Positions 51,880-62,284 of a stretch of DNA of 64,000 bases are shown one piece after another. The position numbers and the translations under genes were made by a program. The stretch is from an uncultured bacterium. Lineage in GTDB: Bacteria; Acidobacteriota; HRBIN11; JAKEFK01. The stretch is from positions 38,003-102,002 of the forward strand of contig CAVZQN010000010.1 in the NCBI GenBank assembly GCA_963777505.1, read 5' to 3'. The notes under the pieces were generated by a model that did no database searches, had not been told where the DNA came from, and was given only the letters and a program-made list of their open reading frames with translations. Numbering within the stretch: position 1 is the stretch's first letter; each line of letters opens with the position of its first letter.

Positions 51880-52272
51880 TTAGTTCTTCCTCACACCAAT
51901 ACCACTGAATAGATGAAACATTGTGCCCGCGGCGATCGCATAGATTCCCCAGTTTGAAAGAGGCGAACCCAAAGGAGTGTGTCCTGGCTCATAGAAAAAC
52001 GCAGTAATCAGTAGCAATGTTGCAATTGTAATGAATACTGAGCCACTCCACTGAAGACGCTGCCGCCAGAGTGATTCCCTCTTCGTTAAATAAGCACCGA
52101 TCCCAACATTGATTAGACCCGCAAGCAAAATGTAGATATGCCGTGATCGAAACAACAATCGAAGTCCATCGGGCATGTCTCGCAAATGATTGTGGTATAT
52201 CTGCATGTATTGACCGGTAAATAAGAAGATCAGCAAAATCAAAATTCCAAAAATTTGATGGAAACGTTTCAT
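51880..52272 (-). CDS. Four-TM hypothetical membrane protein
   Basis: FTGQYM...RSRHIYILLAGLIN. Confidence 0.65.
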   Translation of the reverse strand: MKRFHQIFGILILLIFLFTGQYMQIYHNHLRDMPDGLRLLFRSRHIYILLAGLINVGIGAYLTKRESLWRQRLQWSGSVFITIATLLLITAFFYEPGHTPLGSPLSNWGIYAIAAGTMFHLFSGIGVRKN

Positions 52273-52319
52273 CGTTGACAGATTGATGAACTTAAGTTTA
52301 TCACCCTAAGGTAAAATGA

Positions 52320-53528
52320 ATGCCCATGAACGAATCTTCACGATGGAAAGCGATGGGTTTTCTTGCTGCAGGGACTCTTTTCGCGATGAGTTTGTGGTTT
52401 GGTGCATCTGCTGTCGTTCCAGTCTTATCAAAATTGTGGAATCTAAGTGAGTCCACGGCTGCCTGGTTAACTCTTTCCGTGCAATTAGGTTTTGTCGCAG
52501 GAACCTTGTTAAGCGCAATTCTGAATTTATCAGATGTTATGAACTCACGATATTTTCTTACAATTTGCGCAATCACAGCAGCTCTTTGTAATGCATCCTT
52601 GGCAGTATTTGCCGAGGGCGCAACATCAGCAATTTTGATGAGGTTCCTGACTGGAATGTTTTTAGGCGGAGTTTATCCGCCGGCCATGAAAATTATGGCG
52701 AGCTGGTTCCGGTCAGGACGCGGGATGGCTATCGGAGTTTTAATTGGAGCACTTACATTCGGCAAAGCGACACCATACCTTATTAATGCTTTTCAAATGG
52801 AGGATTGGCGCAACACGCTTTTAATTGCTTCAGGAATGACAATTGGCGGCGCACTGATTATTTTATTTTTTCTGAAAGATGGACCTTATGCACAACCAAC
52901 TGCGCGATTCGATTTGTCGCAAGCAGGAAAGGTATTTAGCAATCGTGGTGTCAGACTTGCAAACTTCGGTTACCTCGGCCATATGTGGGAACTTTACGCA
53001 ATGTGGACATGGACACCTGTGATGATTCGTGCAAGTTTTGCTCAGCAAAATATCAAACCTGAGATTGCTGAATCAGTATCGTTTCTGGCGATTGCTGCAG
53101 GCGCGATCGGGTGTGTTCTCGCTGGAATTCTTGCAGATCGTTACGGCAGAACATTAATTGCATCAGCAGCTATGGTTGTCAGTGGAGCCTGCTGTTTGAT
53201 TGTAGGATTCTTTTTTCAAAGCCCTGTCTGGTTGATTGTGATCACATTAATCTGGGGCATCAGTGTTGTTGCGGATTCGGCGCAATTTTCGGCATCTGTG
53301 ACAGAGCTTGCAGACCAACGTTATATTGGAACTGCATTAACGCTGCAAACCTGCCTCGGCTTTTTACTGACTGCAGTTACCATAAAGTTGATTCCAATTT
53401 TTGTTTCGACGCTGGGATGGCGTTATGCATTCTGGCTGCTTGCGCCGGGACCTTTTCTTGGAGTATTAGCGATGCTGCGATTGAGAAGGCTCCCTGAAGC
53501 CATCAAAATTGCTCACGGAAAACGCTAA
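52320..53528 (+). CDS. MFS transporter
   Basis: About 12 TM helices; VQLGFVAG, YPPAMK, GHMWELYAMW, ADRYGR, DSAQFS. Confidence 0.92.
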   Translation: MPMNESSRWKAMGFLAAGTLFAMSLWFGASAVVPVLSKLWNLSESTAAWLTLSVQLGFVAGTLLSAILNLSDVMNSRYFLTICAITAALCNASLAVFAEGATSAILMRFLTGMFLGGVYPPAMKIMASWFRSGRGMAIGVLIGALTFGKATPYLINAFQMEDWRNTLLIASGMTIGGALIILFFLKDGPYAQPTARFDLSQAGKVFSNRGVRLANFGYLGHMWELYAMWTWTPVMIRASFAQQNIKPEIAESVSFLAIAAGAIGCVLAGILADRYGRTLIASAAMVVSGACCLIVGFFFQSPVWLIVITLIWGISVVADSAQFSASVTELADQRYIGTALTLQTCLGFLLTAVTIKLIPIFVSTLGWRYAFWLLAPGPFLGVLAMLRLRRLPEAIKIAHGKR

Positions 53529-53595
53529 CGAATACATCTTCTTAAGTGGATTTTGTTTTTGCGTCTTTTCTATTGTTTATATATTCTTTAATTAG

Positions 53596-53720
53596 GCTGA
53601 ATGGACTGCAGACAGCCATTACATCGGGGGACGAGCCTGAAAACCCGAGGCGTTGGTCTGGCCAAACGTGCCTTTTTCTTGCATAACGCAGGAACGCGGC
53701 TCCCTCTCACTCCATTCAGC
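53596..53720 (+). ncRNA. Candidate structured non-coding RNA (four-way junction), family unknown
   Basis: Terminal stem GCTGAATGGA/TCCATTCAGC plus three internal hairpins; GC-rich island in an AT-rich gap. Confidence 0.4.
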
Positions 53721-53766
53721 TTTATCTATTTTGAAAGTCTTCTGGCAATCAACCCGCTTCTTCACA

Positions 53767-54327
53767 TTACAGAAAAATACTCAGAAGTAGAAAGCCTATC
53801 GTGGAGCCATAAATCGCTAACGATATGAGATGATTTTTTTCCTTTCCAAAACGTTCCTGCAGCGTTGGATCTTCGTATACCATCCACCAGCATGCAATTT
53901 CAACGATGAATAGCACAGGCAGCGAAAGCACAAATAGCAATGCCCATGTGATCAGGAAGACATCAGAAAATGAGAAAGATAAGCCTTCTGTTCTGGTGAG
54001 TATGGTTAATGGATAAAATCCAAAAACGATAAATCTTAAGAACATTAACCATTTTGGCTCTTCAAATATTCTCAGGTGTGTTCCTAAATAAGGAATACGG
54101 ATCGAGAATCCACGGATTTTCATCATGGATCCGTTACATCCAAATACACTGCAGCCCTGATTCTCAAACCAACACTCTCTGTGATATTGAGTACGACACG
54201 CTGAGCATCGGACTAATTCAGGCTCGCAACCAGCGTCACCTTTGCAATAAGGGCATTGAAGCGGACGAAAATCAAAAGTCCACTTGAGTTCAGCAAATGG
54301 TTGCGCGCCACGCGATTCAATCCTCAT
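53767..54327 (-). CDS. Prokaryotic RING-finger-like domain + 3 TM helices
   Basis: CPYC-x12-CSAC-x4-HRECW-x5-CSVFGC. Confidence 0.72.
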   Translation of the reverse strand: MRIESRGAQPFAELKWTFDFRPLQCPYCKGDAGCEPELVRCSACRTQYHRECWFENQGCSVFGCNGSMMKIRGFSIRIPYLGTHLRIFEEPKWLMFLRFIVFGFYPLTILTRTEGLSFSFSDVFLITWALLFVLSLPVLFIVEIACWWMVYEDPTLQERFGKEKNHLISLAIYGSTIGFLLLSIFL

Positions 54328-54419
54328 TTCAATCCAGTAATAATTATAAGGATTTTAGCTGGCAGCAACGGAAACCGAAAACGAACTGAAAAACCACGGA
54401 GTCACGGAGCTAGCTCATT

Positions 54420-54962
54420 TTATGGCCGGTGATGCTCCTGAAAATGAGCACGGCGGTTCTTGCTCCATGCTGCTTCCTGATGTTCTGTTTCGAACGGCAT
54501 GGCCTCACCAAAACTGATTGTAACCAGACGTTCATCGGAGATGCCTAGAGAAGACAGATACTCTTTTACAGCGCGAGCGCGACGGTCACCAAGCGCCAGA
54601 TTATATTCCTCTGTACCCCGTTCATCGCAATGACCCTGTATCTGAATTCTCTGCGCTGAAACGTTATGCAAATACTGCGCGTTCGTTTGAAGTACTTCAA
54701 TTTGATCGGATCTAATCTCTGCTCTGTCATAGTCAAAGAAAACAGGTGTTAGATTTCCGGAATATCCAGGATTACTGTCAACAATTTCTTCTGTGGCAAG
54801 CCCACCAGATTCGTCTTTTTTAAATGTGTCTTTATCGTTAGAATTATTCGGCTTTTCCTGAATAGGAGTAAGAATCGCCTCTCCAATTTCTGGAGGACGC
54901 GACTTACAAGCTATAAGCGTGCTCAGGCAAAGTAAGACCAAAATGGATACGGATACTTTCAT
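54420..54962 (-). CDS. Pal/OmpA-family peptidoglycan-associated lipoprotein
   Basis: Lipobox LIAC; FFDYD, GHCDERGTEEYNLALGDRRA, KNRR. Confidence 0.9.
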   Translation of the reverse strand: MKVSVSILVLLCLSTLIACKSRPPEIGEAILTPIQEKPNNSNDKDTFKKDESGGLATEEIVDSNPGYSGNLTPVFFDYDRAEIRSDQIEVLQTNAQYLHNVSAQRIQIQGHCDERGTEEYNLALGDRRARAVKEYLSSLGISDERLVTISFGEAMPFETEHQEAAWSKNRRAHFQEHHRP

Positions 54963-55089
54963 ACCAACCTCCGGGTTCAGGCTTCTACTTTATACGAACC
55001 ATCTTGTAGATAAGACGTCCCATTGGAGATTGGGGACTTATGGAACGCAGAAAAAGGCAACTTACGAGGTTCACGAAACACCATCTTCG

Positions 55090-55563
55090 TCAGTTTTTTC
55101 GCTGAATGGAGAACCAGCGGTCAACCCTTTTACAATATTCATCGTATTCATTACCAAAAAGATTCCGCAAATGAGGCTCTTCGTAAAAACGAACAAATAA
55201 GTTAAAAGACACTGTCATGATCAAAGCGTACAAGAGCACATTTACTGAAAGAAAAAAGAGAGCCCATCCTGTGATAACCGTTAGAACGCCCAAATACATT
55301 GGATTTCTTGAATATCGATACAGGCCCCGAACAACAAGTTTCTTTGGAGCATCGATTGGAGCTGGTGTGCCCCGGCCAAAAGTAGCAAAGTCCCAAAGGC
55401 ACCATGCATAAATGAGTCCACCGATCACAAAGAAGAAGAGTGCAAGTATTCTAGAAATCCCTGGAGCAGGTGTTTCGTTTTTTGAAAGAAGATATGGAAG
55501 CAATACAGCGATAGTACCTGGAACGAATATAGTAAATAGAAGATTCTTTACAAATAGAATCAA
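55090..55563 (-). CDS. Isoprenylcysteine carboxylmethyltransferase/PEMT family protein
   Basis: GRGTPAP, GLYRYSRNPMYLG, EEPHL...FG..Y..Y. Confidence 0.88.
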   Translation of the reverse strand: MILFVKNLLFTIFVPGTIAVLLPYLLSKNETPAPGISRILALFFFVIGGLIYAWCLWDFATFGRGTPAPIDAPKKLVVRGLYRYSRNPMYLGVLTVITGWALFFLSVNVLLYALIMTVSFNLFVRFYEEPHLRNLFGNEYDEYCKRVDRWFSIQRKN

Positions 55564-55566
55564 CCT

Positions 55567-56022
55567 TTAAGTCCTTGATCTTGCAAAATCTGACAACTGT
55601 TTCAACTCCTTAACGTAAACAGGATGCAGTAATTTTGTAGCGATTAAACCTTGTAGCTTTCCCAGAAGACCATCACGAACTTTCATCTGCGTTGCAATGG
55701 TTACATAGGCTCGTTGCCCACCATCGCGAGGCTCAACAATAAAGGTTGTAACTAAACCTGAGTCGGAATCAGTTTCTACCAGTACCCGGCCGGGTTCAGG
55801 TTCAGTAACTTTTGCGCGGAACTCCTGAAGCCGTCCTAAAAGCTTCATCTGAACAAAGATTACTGTTCCCGCGCCAACTCCGCCTTCTTCAACGGTGAGA
55901 GAAACAAATGGAGGCTTAGGAATTATGTAGGGATGACCGTCACGATAGTCGGCAATAATTTTATAGAGTCGATCAGCGGAAGAATCAATTAACGCTGAGG
56001 CAGATATGGAATGCTGTGCCAT
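55567..56022 (-). CDS. SRPBCC/polyketide cyclase family protein
   Basis: IADYRDGHP, EGGVGAGT, EPEPGRVLVE. Confidence 0.8.
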   Translation of the reverse strand: MAQHSISASALIDSSADRLYKIIADYRDGHPYIIPKPPFVSLTVEEGGVGAGTVIFVQMKLLGRLQEFRAKVTEPEPGRVLVETDSDSGLVTTFIVEPRDGGQRAYVTIATQMKVRDGLLGKLQGLIATKLLHPVYVKELKQLSDFARSRT

Positions 56023-56033
56023 TTCATAAAAGG

Positions 56034-56453
56034 CTAGCTAGAATGATCGTGAATAATCTTCCAGCCATCATTTGTCTTCTTCAAAATTAGACTAAACCAC
56101 CCGGTCTGTTTTTGATCCTTCTGTTCAACGAGCCACTTTCCCCACGCCCGCGCAAGGCCAGGACCTAGATCCTCAACCTGCAAATCTGAAAAAGTTAACT
56201 TCCCAAAATCACTTTCACCTTTTTTGTAACGAGCTTCGTACCGCTCCTTCATTGCCTTTGCACTTCTCATAGGGCCGCTGGATCCTATGTAAACAAGCTC
56301 GCCAGTCGTATCATACGGTTTCATAAATGCATCGAGATCACCGCGGTTCCAGGCAGCATCTTGCTCTTTAAGCATCGAAGTGATCTCTTCTTTCGTTTCG
56401 GCATAAATAAAACTTGATGACAGTAACAACACTAAAAACAGCAATGATTTCAT
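56034..56453 (-). CDS. Secreted DUF4440/SnoaL-like protein
   Basis: QDAAWNRGDLDAFM...GWKIIHDHSS. Confidence 0.85.
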   Translation of the reverse strand: MKSLLFLVLLLSSSFIYAETKEEITSMLKEQDAAWNRGDLDAFMKPYDTTGELVYIGSSGPMRSAKAMKERYEARYKKGESDFGKLTFSDLQVEDLGPGLARAWGKWLVEQKDQKQTGWFSLILKKTNDGWKIIHDHSS

Positions 56454-56480
56454 AGCAGCTCCTTCTTTTGATATCGTATG

Positions 56481-56918
56481 CTACAACAGATTCGCAGCAG
56501 CTAGGATTGCAAGCGCTTCTTTTTCGCTCAAATCTTTTGATTGTTTGCTAACTTCTTGGGGTACCCATTTGGGGAAAGGAATCTCCTTAGATATATGCCT
56601 GCCTGACGATGTGTGTTCTTCACGCACTTGAGCAATTTGATTTTTCTTAAAATGGCTCGCAGCCCGAACCAGAGCCGGCCAAAGTCTGCTGTGAATAAAC
56701 GTTCTCTTTCCATTCACTAAACGGCACACCAAAATTTCGTCAGAATCTGTTACAGCTTGAAATATGGCAAAAATCTGATGACTCTTTGGATGTCCCCACC
56801 AGCTGCCTTTGATCGGTTCGTTAGCGATTGCTTCCGCCAAATTTGGGACAGGACCTTTCGCTGATGCTAGAACTACCCCGTGTTTCTTTATGAACTGGAT
56901 GGCTTTTTGCGAGGTCAT
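56481..56918 (-). CDS. Conserved hypothetical protein (possible winged-helix fold)
   Basis: KGPVPNLAE...GSWWGHP...CRLVNGK. Confidence 0.65.
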   Translation of the reverse strand: MTSQKAIQFIKKHGVVLASAKGPVPNLAEAIANEPIKGSWWGHPKSHQIFAIFQAVTDSDEILVCRLVNGKRTFIHSRLWPALVRAASHFKKNQIAQVREEHTSSGRHISKEIPFPKWVPQEVSKQSKDLSEKEALAILAAANLL

Positions 56919-56957
56919 ACTATCATTCTCGGCGACTCTGCGGTTAAGAATGCAGTT

Positions 56958-57374
56958 TTAGGAAGCGCCTTCGAATGCTTTTGCAGTATCGTAGAACTCG
57001 TAAAACTCGATTATCTTTCCGTTTCGGAATTCGAAGAAATCAGCTTTGGGCGTATGAATTTCTTTTCCTGTCTTTTTGTTTTTCCAGCCGGTCATACCTC
57101 TTACAGCAACCGAATCTCCATCACAAATGTATTTTTCAGGAGTGTAGTAAAGCATTTCCCAGCCCTCATTCAAGCCGGAAAAATATTGATGAACTTCTTC
57201 TTTCGATTCGCAGGTCTTCGTAAATTCCATTCCAGCGGCACCACCTGCCAATGACTTGAATACAATATTGTCAGCCATTATGTCTAACCACTTCTGTTTG
57301 TTTACACCTTTGCTTTCATGCCAAGCCTTATATGCCGCGCGTAGATTTTCTTCATGGCTCATAAAGTTCTCCAC
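56958..57374 (-). CDS. SnoaL/NTF2-like protein
   Basis: YICDGDSVAV...FEFRNGKIIEFYEFYDT. Confidence 0.82.
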   Translation of the reverse strand: MENFMSHEENLRAAYKAWHESKGVNKQKWLDIMADNIVFKSLAGGAAGMEFTKTCESKEEVHQYFSGLNEGWEMLYYTPEKYICDGDSVAVRGMTGWKNKKTGKEIHTPKADFFEFRNGKIIEFYEFYDTAKAFEGAS

Positions 57375-57445
57375 GATTAGGTATTTGTTTATCAGTATAT
57401 CATGACGCTACGAATTAAGTTGTTTATCCTCGTGCTTCGAAGTTT

Positions 57446-57646
57446 CTAATTCCTATTCTCTTTCCGGTAGAAGAGAGACACGATCAACGTTTGACTGTAT
57501 TGGAAAATATTTCCGAATAAACAAATCGCAGCAACAACAGCGATAATTATTCCAGCCGCAACCGGAACACGTTCGTGTACCGGTAAATATCCCAAAACCG
57601 CAACCATAAGAACGGCAGCAATTATCAGTGTTAAGAAATATTGCAT
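57446..57646 (-). CDS. Small two-TM hypothetical protein or fragment
   Basis: Hydrophobic 66-aa ORF co-oriented with its neighbours. Confidence 0.3.
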   Translation of the reverse strand: MQYFLTLIIAAVLMVAVLGYLPVHERVPVAAGIIIAVVAAICLFGNIFQYSQTLIVSLFYRKENRN

Positions 57647-57776
57647 CTATCAAGGTTAGCTTAAGATAGAACTCACATCAAAAACACCGCTAACATCTTC
57701 GACGGTTCATCCACGCGAGCAACCACGAGTTGAAGAAGTGGCGGAACGGCAGTTGGCTGTAAATGCTTTTAAACAA

Positions 57777-58967
57777 TCATCTAGCTGGTTTTTGTAACTC
57801 GGCGGACTTTGGGTTAAAAACAATCGTTTGTAGTCTTCTTTTTTGCCAACTTCTTAGCCTTCGAATGGCAAGAGAAATTCCTGTATAAAAAAGAAATGCA
57901 CCGCCGGTTGTGGCGACAAAAGCAAAAATTTGCCCCGGTAATCGAAGAGCTTCACCTGTGTGAAGCCCTCTGATCCAAACACGAATCTTCCGTGCAGAAT
58001 TGGCTTTCCCGTAGGGCTGCCATTTTATAATCTCACCAGTCTTTGCATCAAAGGATAATTCTGATCGTGCAAACGGATTGATTGACTCATTTGTTTCAAC
58101 GATAAACGAGAGTGGAGCCGAGGATGTTGGAGGGAGTCTCATTGTGATCGTGTGCCAGTCTTTAGCTTGCTGCTGAGTTCGCAACCAAAGTTGATCAATA
58201 TTTTGAGGAAGTAAAATTGCCTTTTGTGTGCCTTTTGCGTTCGCAGCATTTCTAGGAGCACCAGGAGATGGCGGTTTTTCATCTCCGGTTATCGCATAAA
58301 TTAGATTCGTTGCCCATTGATATGAAATGAATACGGCTGTTAATGTAACTACGATCAGAATTGGTGCACACCAAAAGCCAATCACATTGTGCCAATTAAA
58401 GTCGCGAGCGCGCGCTTTCAACTTAGGTTGAAACCAGGTGATGGCTCGAATTTGTTTCGGAATCCATTTGTCAGGCCACCATAAATAGAGTCCGCTAATC
58501 GCAAGAATCAAAAAGGCAACATTACAAATCCCTGTAATCACACGTCCTGTGTCACGATTCTTATCATCCGTTACAAGCCAACGATGAATATTGGTTACAG
58601 TACGAAAAAATTTCCGTGTAGAAGCGGAGCCCTCGCCTACGACTCTGCCTGAATATGGATCAATATATAAAACGCTTTCGCGTCCAGTCGCAAAAGTAAT
58701 CGATGAAGATGGATCGGATTTCATCGAAATTGAATCGACTTTTATGCCTTGCCTTTCTTTCTGAAGCTTATTGAATATCTCAGAAACAGGCAGAGGTTTT
58801 GCGTTTTCGGCAGGAGTAACAAAGCGCACATGCCGTTCAGCAAACCGGACAATTTGCTTCTCAAATGCAAGCAGCATCCCTGTGACGCACATGGTAAAAA
58901 TTACCAGACCAGCAATGGAGCCGGTTACAAGGTGAAGCCAGAAAATAATTTTACGGAAAGTTTTCAT
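57777..58967 (-). CDS. PepSY-associated TM helix protein (iron-reductase-like)
   Basis: FWLHL, CVTG, IDPYSG, IHRWL, SGLYLWWP, NWHNVIG, LHTGE. Confidence 0.9.
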   Translation of the reverse strand: MKTFRKIIFWLHLVTGSIAGLVIFTMCVTGMLLAFEKQIVRFAERHVRFVTPAENAKPLPVSEIFNKLQKERQGIKVDSISMKSDPSSSITFATGRESVLYIDPYSGRVVGEGSASTRKFFRTVTNIHRWLVTDDKNRDTGRVITGICNVAFLILAISGLYLWWPDKWIPKQIRAITWFQPKLKARARDFNWHNVIGFWCAPILIVVTLTAVFISYQWATNLIYAITGDEKPPSPGAPRNAANAKGTQKAILLPQNIDQLWLRTQQQAKDWHTITMRLPPTSSAPLSFIVETNESINPFARSELSFDAKTGEIIKWQPYGKANSARKIRVWIRGLHTGEALRLPGQIFAFVATTGGAFLFYTGISLAIRRLRSWQKRRLQTIVFNPKSAELQKPAR

Positions 58968-58997
58968 TGGAATATTGGAATGTCTATAAAAGTCGAA

Positions 58998-59678
58998 TCA
59001 CACATCGGCCCAACGCCGAAGAAGATTGTGATAAACGCTCGTAAGTTGAACGTTGGCCGGATGATCGCTGTTATCGCGGTTTAGACGCTGAATCGCCATA
59101 TCCAGATCAAATAACAAAGTGCGTTTGCCGTCATCGCGAACCATGCTCTGAATCCAAAAAAATGAGGCAATCCTTTCACCACGGGTGACTGGCATTACAC
59201 GATGTAAACTGCTTGCAGGATACAAGATCATGTGACCTGCCGGAAGTTTTATATTGTGTACACCATATGTATCTTCAACAACTAATTCTCCGCCATCATA
59301 TTCATCGGGTTGCGAAAGAAAAAGGGTCGCAGAAATATCGGTTCGTACACGATGGGGAGTGCCCGTCACCTGCCGGATCGAATTGTCGACATGGACACCG
59401 AAAGACTGCCCACCTTGATACCGATTAAATAATGGTGGAAAAACTTTTGATGGAAGCGCCGCAGACATAAAAAGTCCATTGCGTTGCAAAACATCCAGAA
59501 GAATTTCACCGAGCTGTTTGGATGACGGATGATCTTCAGGCAATTGCATGTTGTCTTTTGTTTTCAAGGATTGATAACCTGCCGTAACTCGGCCATCAAC
59601 CCATTCCGCTTCTTGCAACAACTTTCTGAAGTGTGAGACTCGGTCGGAATTTAACAATTCCGGAATTTCTAAAAGCAT
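58998..59678 (-). CDS. piuC: PKHD-type Fe(II)/2-oxoglutarate hydroxylase
   Basis: [45 protein letters not shown]. Confidence 0.92.
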   Translation of the reverse strand: MLLEIPELLNSDRVSHFRKLLQEAEWVDGRVTAGYQSLKTKDNMQLPEDHPSSKQLGEILLDVLQRNGLFMSAALPSKVFPPLFNRYQGGQSFGVHVDNSIRQVTGTPHRVRTDISATLFLSQPDEYDGGELVVEDTYGVHNIKLPAGHMILYPASSLHRVMPVTRGERIASFFWIQSMVRDDGKRTLLFDLDMAIQRLNRDNSDHPANVQLTSVYHNLLRRWADV

Positions 59679-59682
59679 ACGA

Positions 59683-62139
59683 TTAACGCCGGAAGCCGAC
59701 CGATACCAATGCGGCGCGCGAAGCTCCTGGAATCAGATGTCCACCACCGAGTCGATCAAAGTAGTATTCGTCGGTTACGTTGTAAACATTCAATCTGAGA
59801 TCCATAAATCCAGTAATTGGATACGATGCCATCAGATCAAGGAGCCAGTATCCATCAACGAAACGTGTATTGATTGTGTTTCCATATCTCTGGCTTACGT
59901 AACGAGGTCCGCCGCCAACCGTGATGTGCAATGGAAACTCATAAGTTGTCCAGAAACTTAAAGAATGTCTTGGAGTATTCTGAAGTTCCTTACCGACTTC
60001 TAGCGGATTATTTGATTCAACAACCTTGCTATTTAGAAATGTGTAACCACCAAAGAGTTCCCAATGTCTCGTAATCCTTCCTGCAGCACTGAATTCGAAA
60101 CCATCGACTCGCTGACGGCCTTCAAGAACCTGTGGTGGATCATCGGGAGTTAAACCAGGTGTACGGGCATTTGTCTTTTCGACTCTGAATATCGCACCAT
60201 TCACTGATAAACGTGAATTCAAGAAATCAAACTTACTTCCGGCTTCATATGTATACGACTTCTCCGGTTCGATCGCTGTATTTGCCGTCTGGTACGATAA
60301 ACCTTCCAGCGAAGGGTTCAAAGAAGATCCCGCGGCTACATATAGATTCGTTATGTCTGTCGGTTTGAAAACTGCACCGGCCCGCCAGCTCAACATTTTG
60401 TCCAGCCTGGAAACCGGAGCACCGAGCGTAGTTATTCCATCAACATCGAAATAGTCGTAACGCAACCCGCCATTAATCTCGAATTTTTGGTTGAGTTTGA
60501 CTGTATCGAATGCGTAGAGTGCAAAGGATTTGCCTGTTACATCGCCAACAATCGGGCTGACTGTGATCTCTCCTGTGTAAACATCATTGGGATTCGGGTT
60601 GAGTAGTGTTGTTGGAGAGTTCGGTGCCGTTCTGGTCCCACGTTCATTGCCTTCATGCGTAAGAGACAATCCAGTCACTAAAGAATGTTCGATATCACCC
60701 GTTTTGAAATATTTCTGAAAATCGGATTGATTGTCCAAAATGATATCTTCAGTTAGCCATGATCTCATTTCCCGGTTAATGACTGTAGAATCATCGCTCG
60801 CAAAACGTGGCGGAGTCGCCATGGAATCACGATCCGTATTTCCGTAACGGACTTGATTGCGGAATGAGAGAGATTCATCAAAATCGTGCTCAAACCGGAG
60901 AGTTACAAGGTCTGAACTGAGTTCTTCTTTGTCGCGGCTGAGGAAACCATAAAATGTCTCGCGTGGCACTGGAGCAGGACGATCGCGAAATCCTACAAGT
61001 ACATTGTTCGTAACCGGCACCCATGGAATTCCATAATCAGAAATGTTGTCTTGCTCTAAATGCAGATAACTTGCCAAAAATCTTGTAGGCGTCCCAATTC
61101 CAAATCCGATGGAAGGCGCAACACCCCAGCGTTCATTTTCAACAACGGATCGCCCGGGAACATCTGAATCCTGAATCATCATATTCAATCGAAAGGAGGA
61201 TGTTTCCAGGTTAATGTCTTCAAGAGGTTGAACCAAATCGGCTGTGATACGTGTTGTGCTTTCGGTTCCCAAATTCACATTCGCTTCATAGAGCCGCTCT
61301 AACGATGGTGCTTTGCTAACAAGATTGATTACACCTCCCGTTGATCCACGGCCTGTGTAAACTGAATCGGGACCTTTCACAACTTCCACCGACTCAAGAT
61401 TAAAAGGGTCATGAATTTGAGGACCAATATCTCGAACACCATCAACAAACACATCGTTCCGTGCACTAAAGCCGCGCAAGGTTAAATTATCGCCGGCTGG
61501 TGTTCCACCCTCTCCGGCAACAATCGTAAGACCTGGAACATTTCTTAAAACATCACGCAAAGTCATTGCGCCTTGCTCTTGAATAATGTTCTTCGGAATT
61601 ACAGTAATGGTTTGAGGAATGTCATGAAGAGGCTCTGTATACTTTGGGGAAGAAAGCGGCGTTGCAAAGTCTGTTACTTCAACAGATGCTTCGGGACCTT
61701 GTATATCAAGAGTAATTTCATCCGTCGAAATGAATCGGTACGTCACACCAGTTGATTCAAGTAACTTCCCTAACGCTTGTTCAACAGTAAGGATGCCTGA
61801 GACACCAGGAGATTGCAGTGTCAGAATAGAATCATTCGAAACTACGACATTAATTCCAGTGACTGCTTGAAATGCTTTTAATACTTCAGCAAGGGTGCCG
61901 GCTTTTATTTGAAATTGAAAAACTGAAAGTGCGCTAGAAGTTCTTGCTGCATACGTTTTAGAAACATCCTTTTGCGGAGTGTCTGCATATGCAAAATTAT
62001 CTGGACGTGCTGCAACTGCTGTATACGCAACCAAAGCTCCCATTGTTCCAATTAAGATTAATGAATTCGATTTTGTTTTTTGTGTTTCTTGTTTCTTTTG
62101 TTTTGAATGCGCTTTCACTCTTTGGGTCCGGAATTTCAC
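59683..62139 (-). CDS. TonB-dependent siderophore receptor (Fiu/PiuA-like) with N-terminal STN domain
   Basis: [31 protein letters not shown] plug; NVTDEYY; STN-like segment [18 protein letters not shown]. Confidence 0.93.
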   Translation of the reverse strand: MKFRTQRVKAHSKQKKQETQKTKSNSLILIGTMGALVAYTAVAARPDNFAYADTPQKDVSKTYAARTSSALSVFQFQIKAGTLAEVLKAFQAVTGINVVVSNDSILTLQSPGVSGILTVEQALGKLLESTGVTYRFISTDEITLDIQGPEASVEVTDFATPLSSPKYTEPLHDIPQTITVIPKNIIQEQGAMTLRDVLRNVPGLTIVAGEGGTPAGDNLTLRGFSARNDVFVDGVRDIGPQIHDPFNLESVEVVKGPDSVYTGRGSTGGVINLVSKAPSLERLYEANVNLGTESTTRITADLVQPLEDINLETSSFRLNMMIQDSDVPGRSVVENERWGVAPSIGFGIGTPTRFLASYLHLEQDNISDYGIPWVPVTNNVLVGFRDRPAPVPRETFYGFLSRDKEELSSDLVTLRFEHDFDESLSFRNQVRYGNTDRDSMATPPRFASDDSTVINREMRSWLTEDIILDNQSDFQKYFKTGDIEHSLVTGLSLTHEGNERGTRTAPNSPTTLLNPNPNDVYTGEITVSPIVGDVTGKSFALYAFDTVKLNQKFEINGGLRYDYFDVDGITTLGAPVSRLDKMLSWRAGAVFKPTDITNLYVAAGSSLNPSLEGLSYQTANTAIEPEKSYTYEAGSKFDFLNSRLSVNGAIFRVEKTNARTPGLTPDDPPQVLEGRQRVDGFEFSAAGRITRHWELFGGYTFLNSKVVESNNPLEVGKELQNTPRHSLSFWTTYEFPLHITVGGGPRYVSQRYGNTINTRFVDGYWLLDLMASYPITGFMDLRLNVYNVTDEYYFDRLGGGHLIPGASRAALVSVGFRR

Positions 62140-62175
62140 TTTTGCGTCTCCTATGTCTATATACTAGTTGAAAAT

Positions 62176-62194
62176 AATTATGAAAATCGTTTTC
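62176..62194. promoter_or_regulatory. Fur box
   Basis: AATTATGAAAATCGTTTTC matches 14/19 of GATAATGATAATCATTATC, upstream of the iron-uptake operon. Confidence 0.75.
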
Positions 62195-62213
62195 AATAAT
62201 GGTTGAATAAGTA

Positions 62214-62243
62214 ATAATATTTCAGACTTTCAGGGTCTGTCAA
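62214..62243 (-). promoter_or_regulatory. Sigma70-type promoter of the iron-uptake operon
   Basis: TTGACA-N18-TATTAT on the minus strand. Confidence 0.65.
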
Positions 62244-62284
62244 TAGGGGTCAAAATGAAACGAAGTGGAAAGTAGAGAGTGCTT

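Noticed and set aside
53596-53720. tRNA or HDV-like ribozyme identity for the structured element
   Set aside because: No TTCRA T-loop or CCA end; no P1 pairing for an HDV fold; the overlapping ORF 53601..53828 also looks spurious
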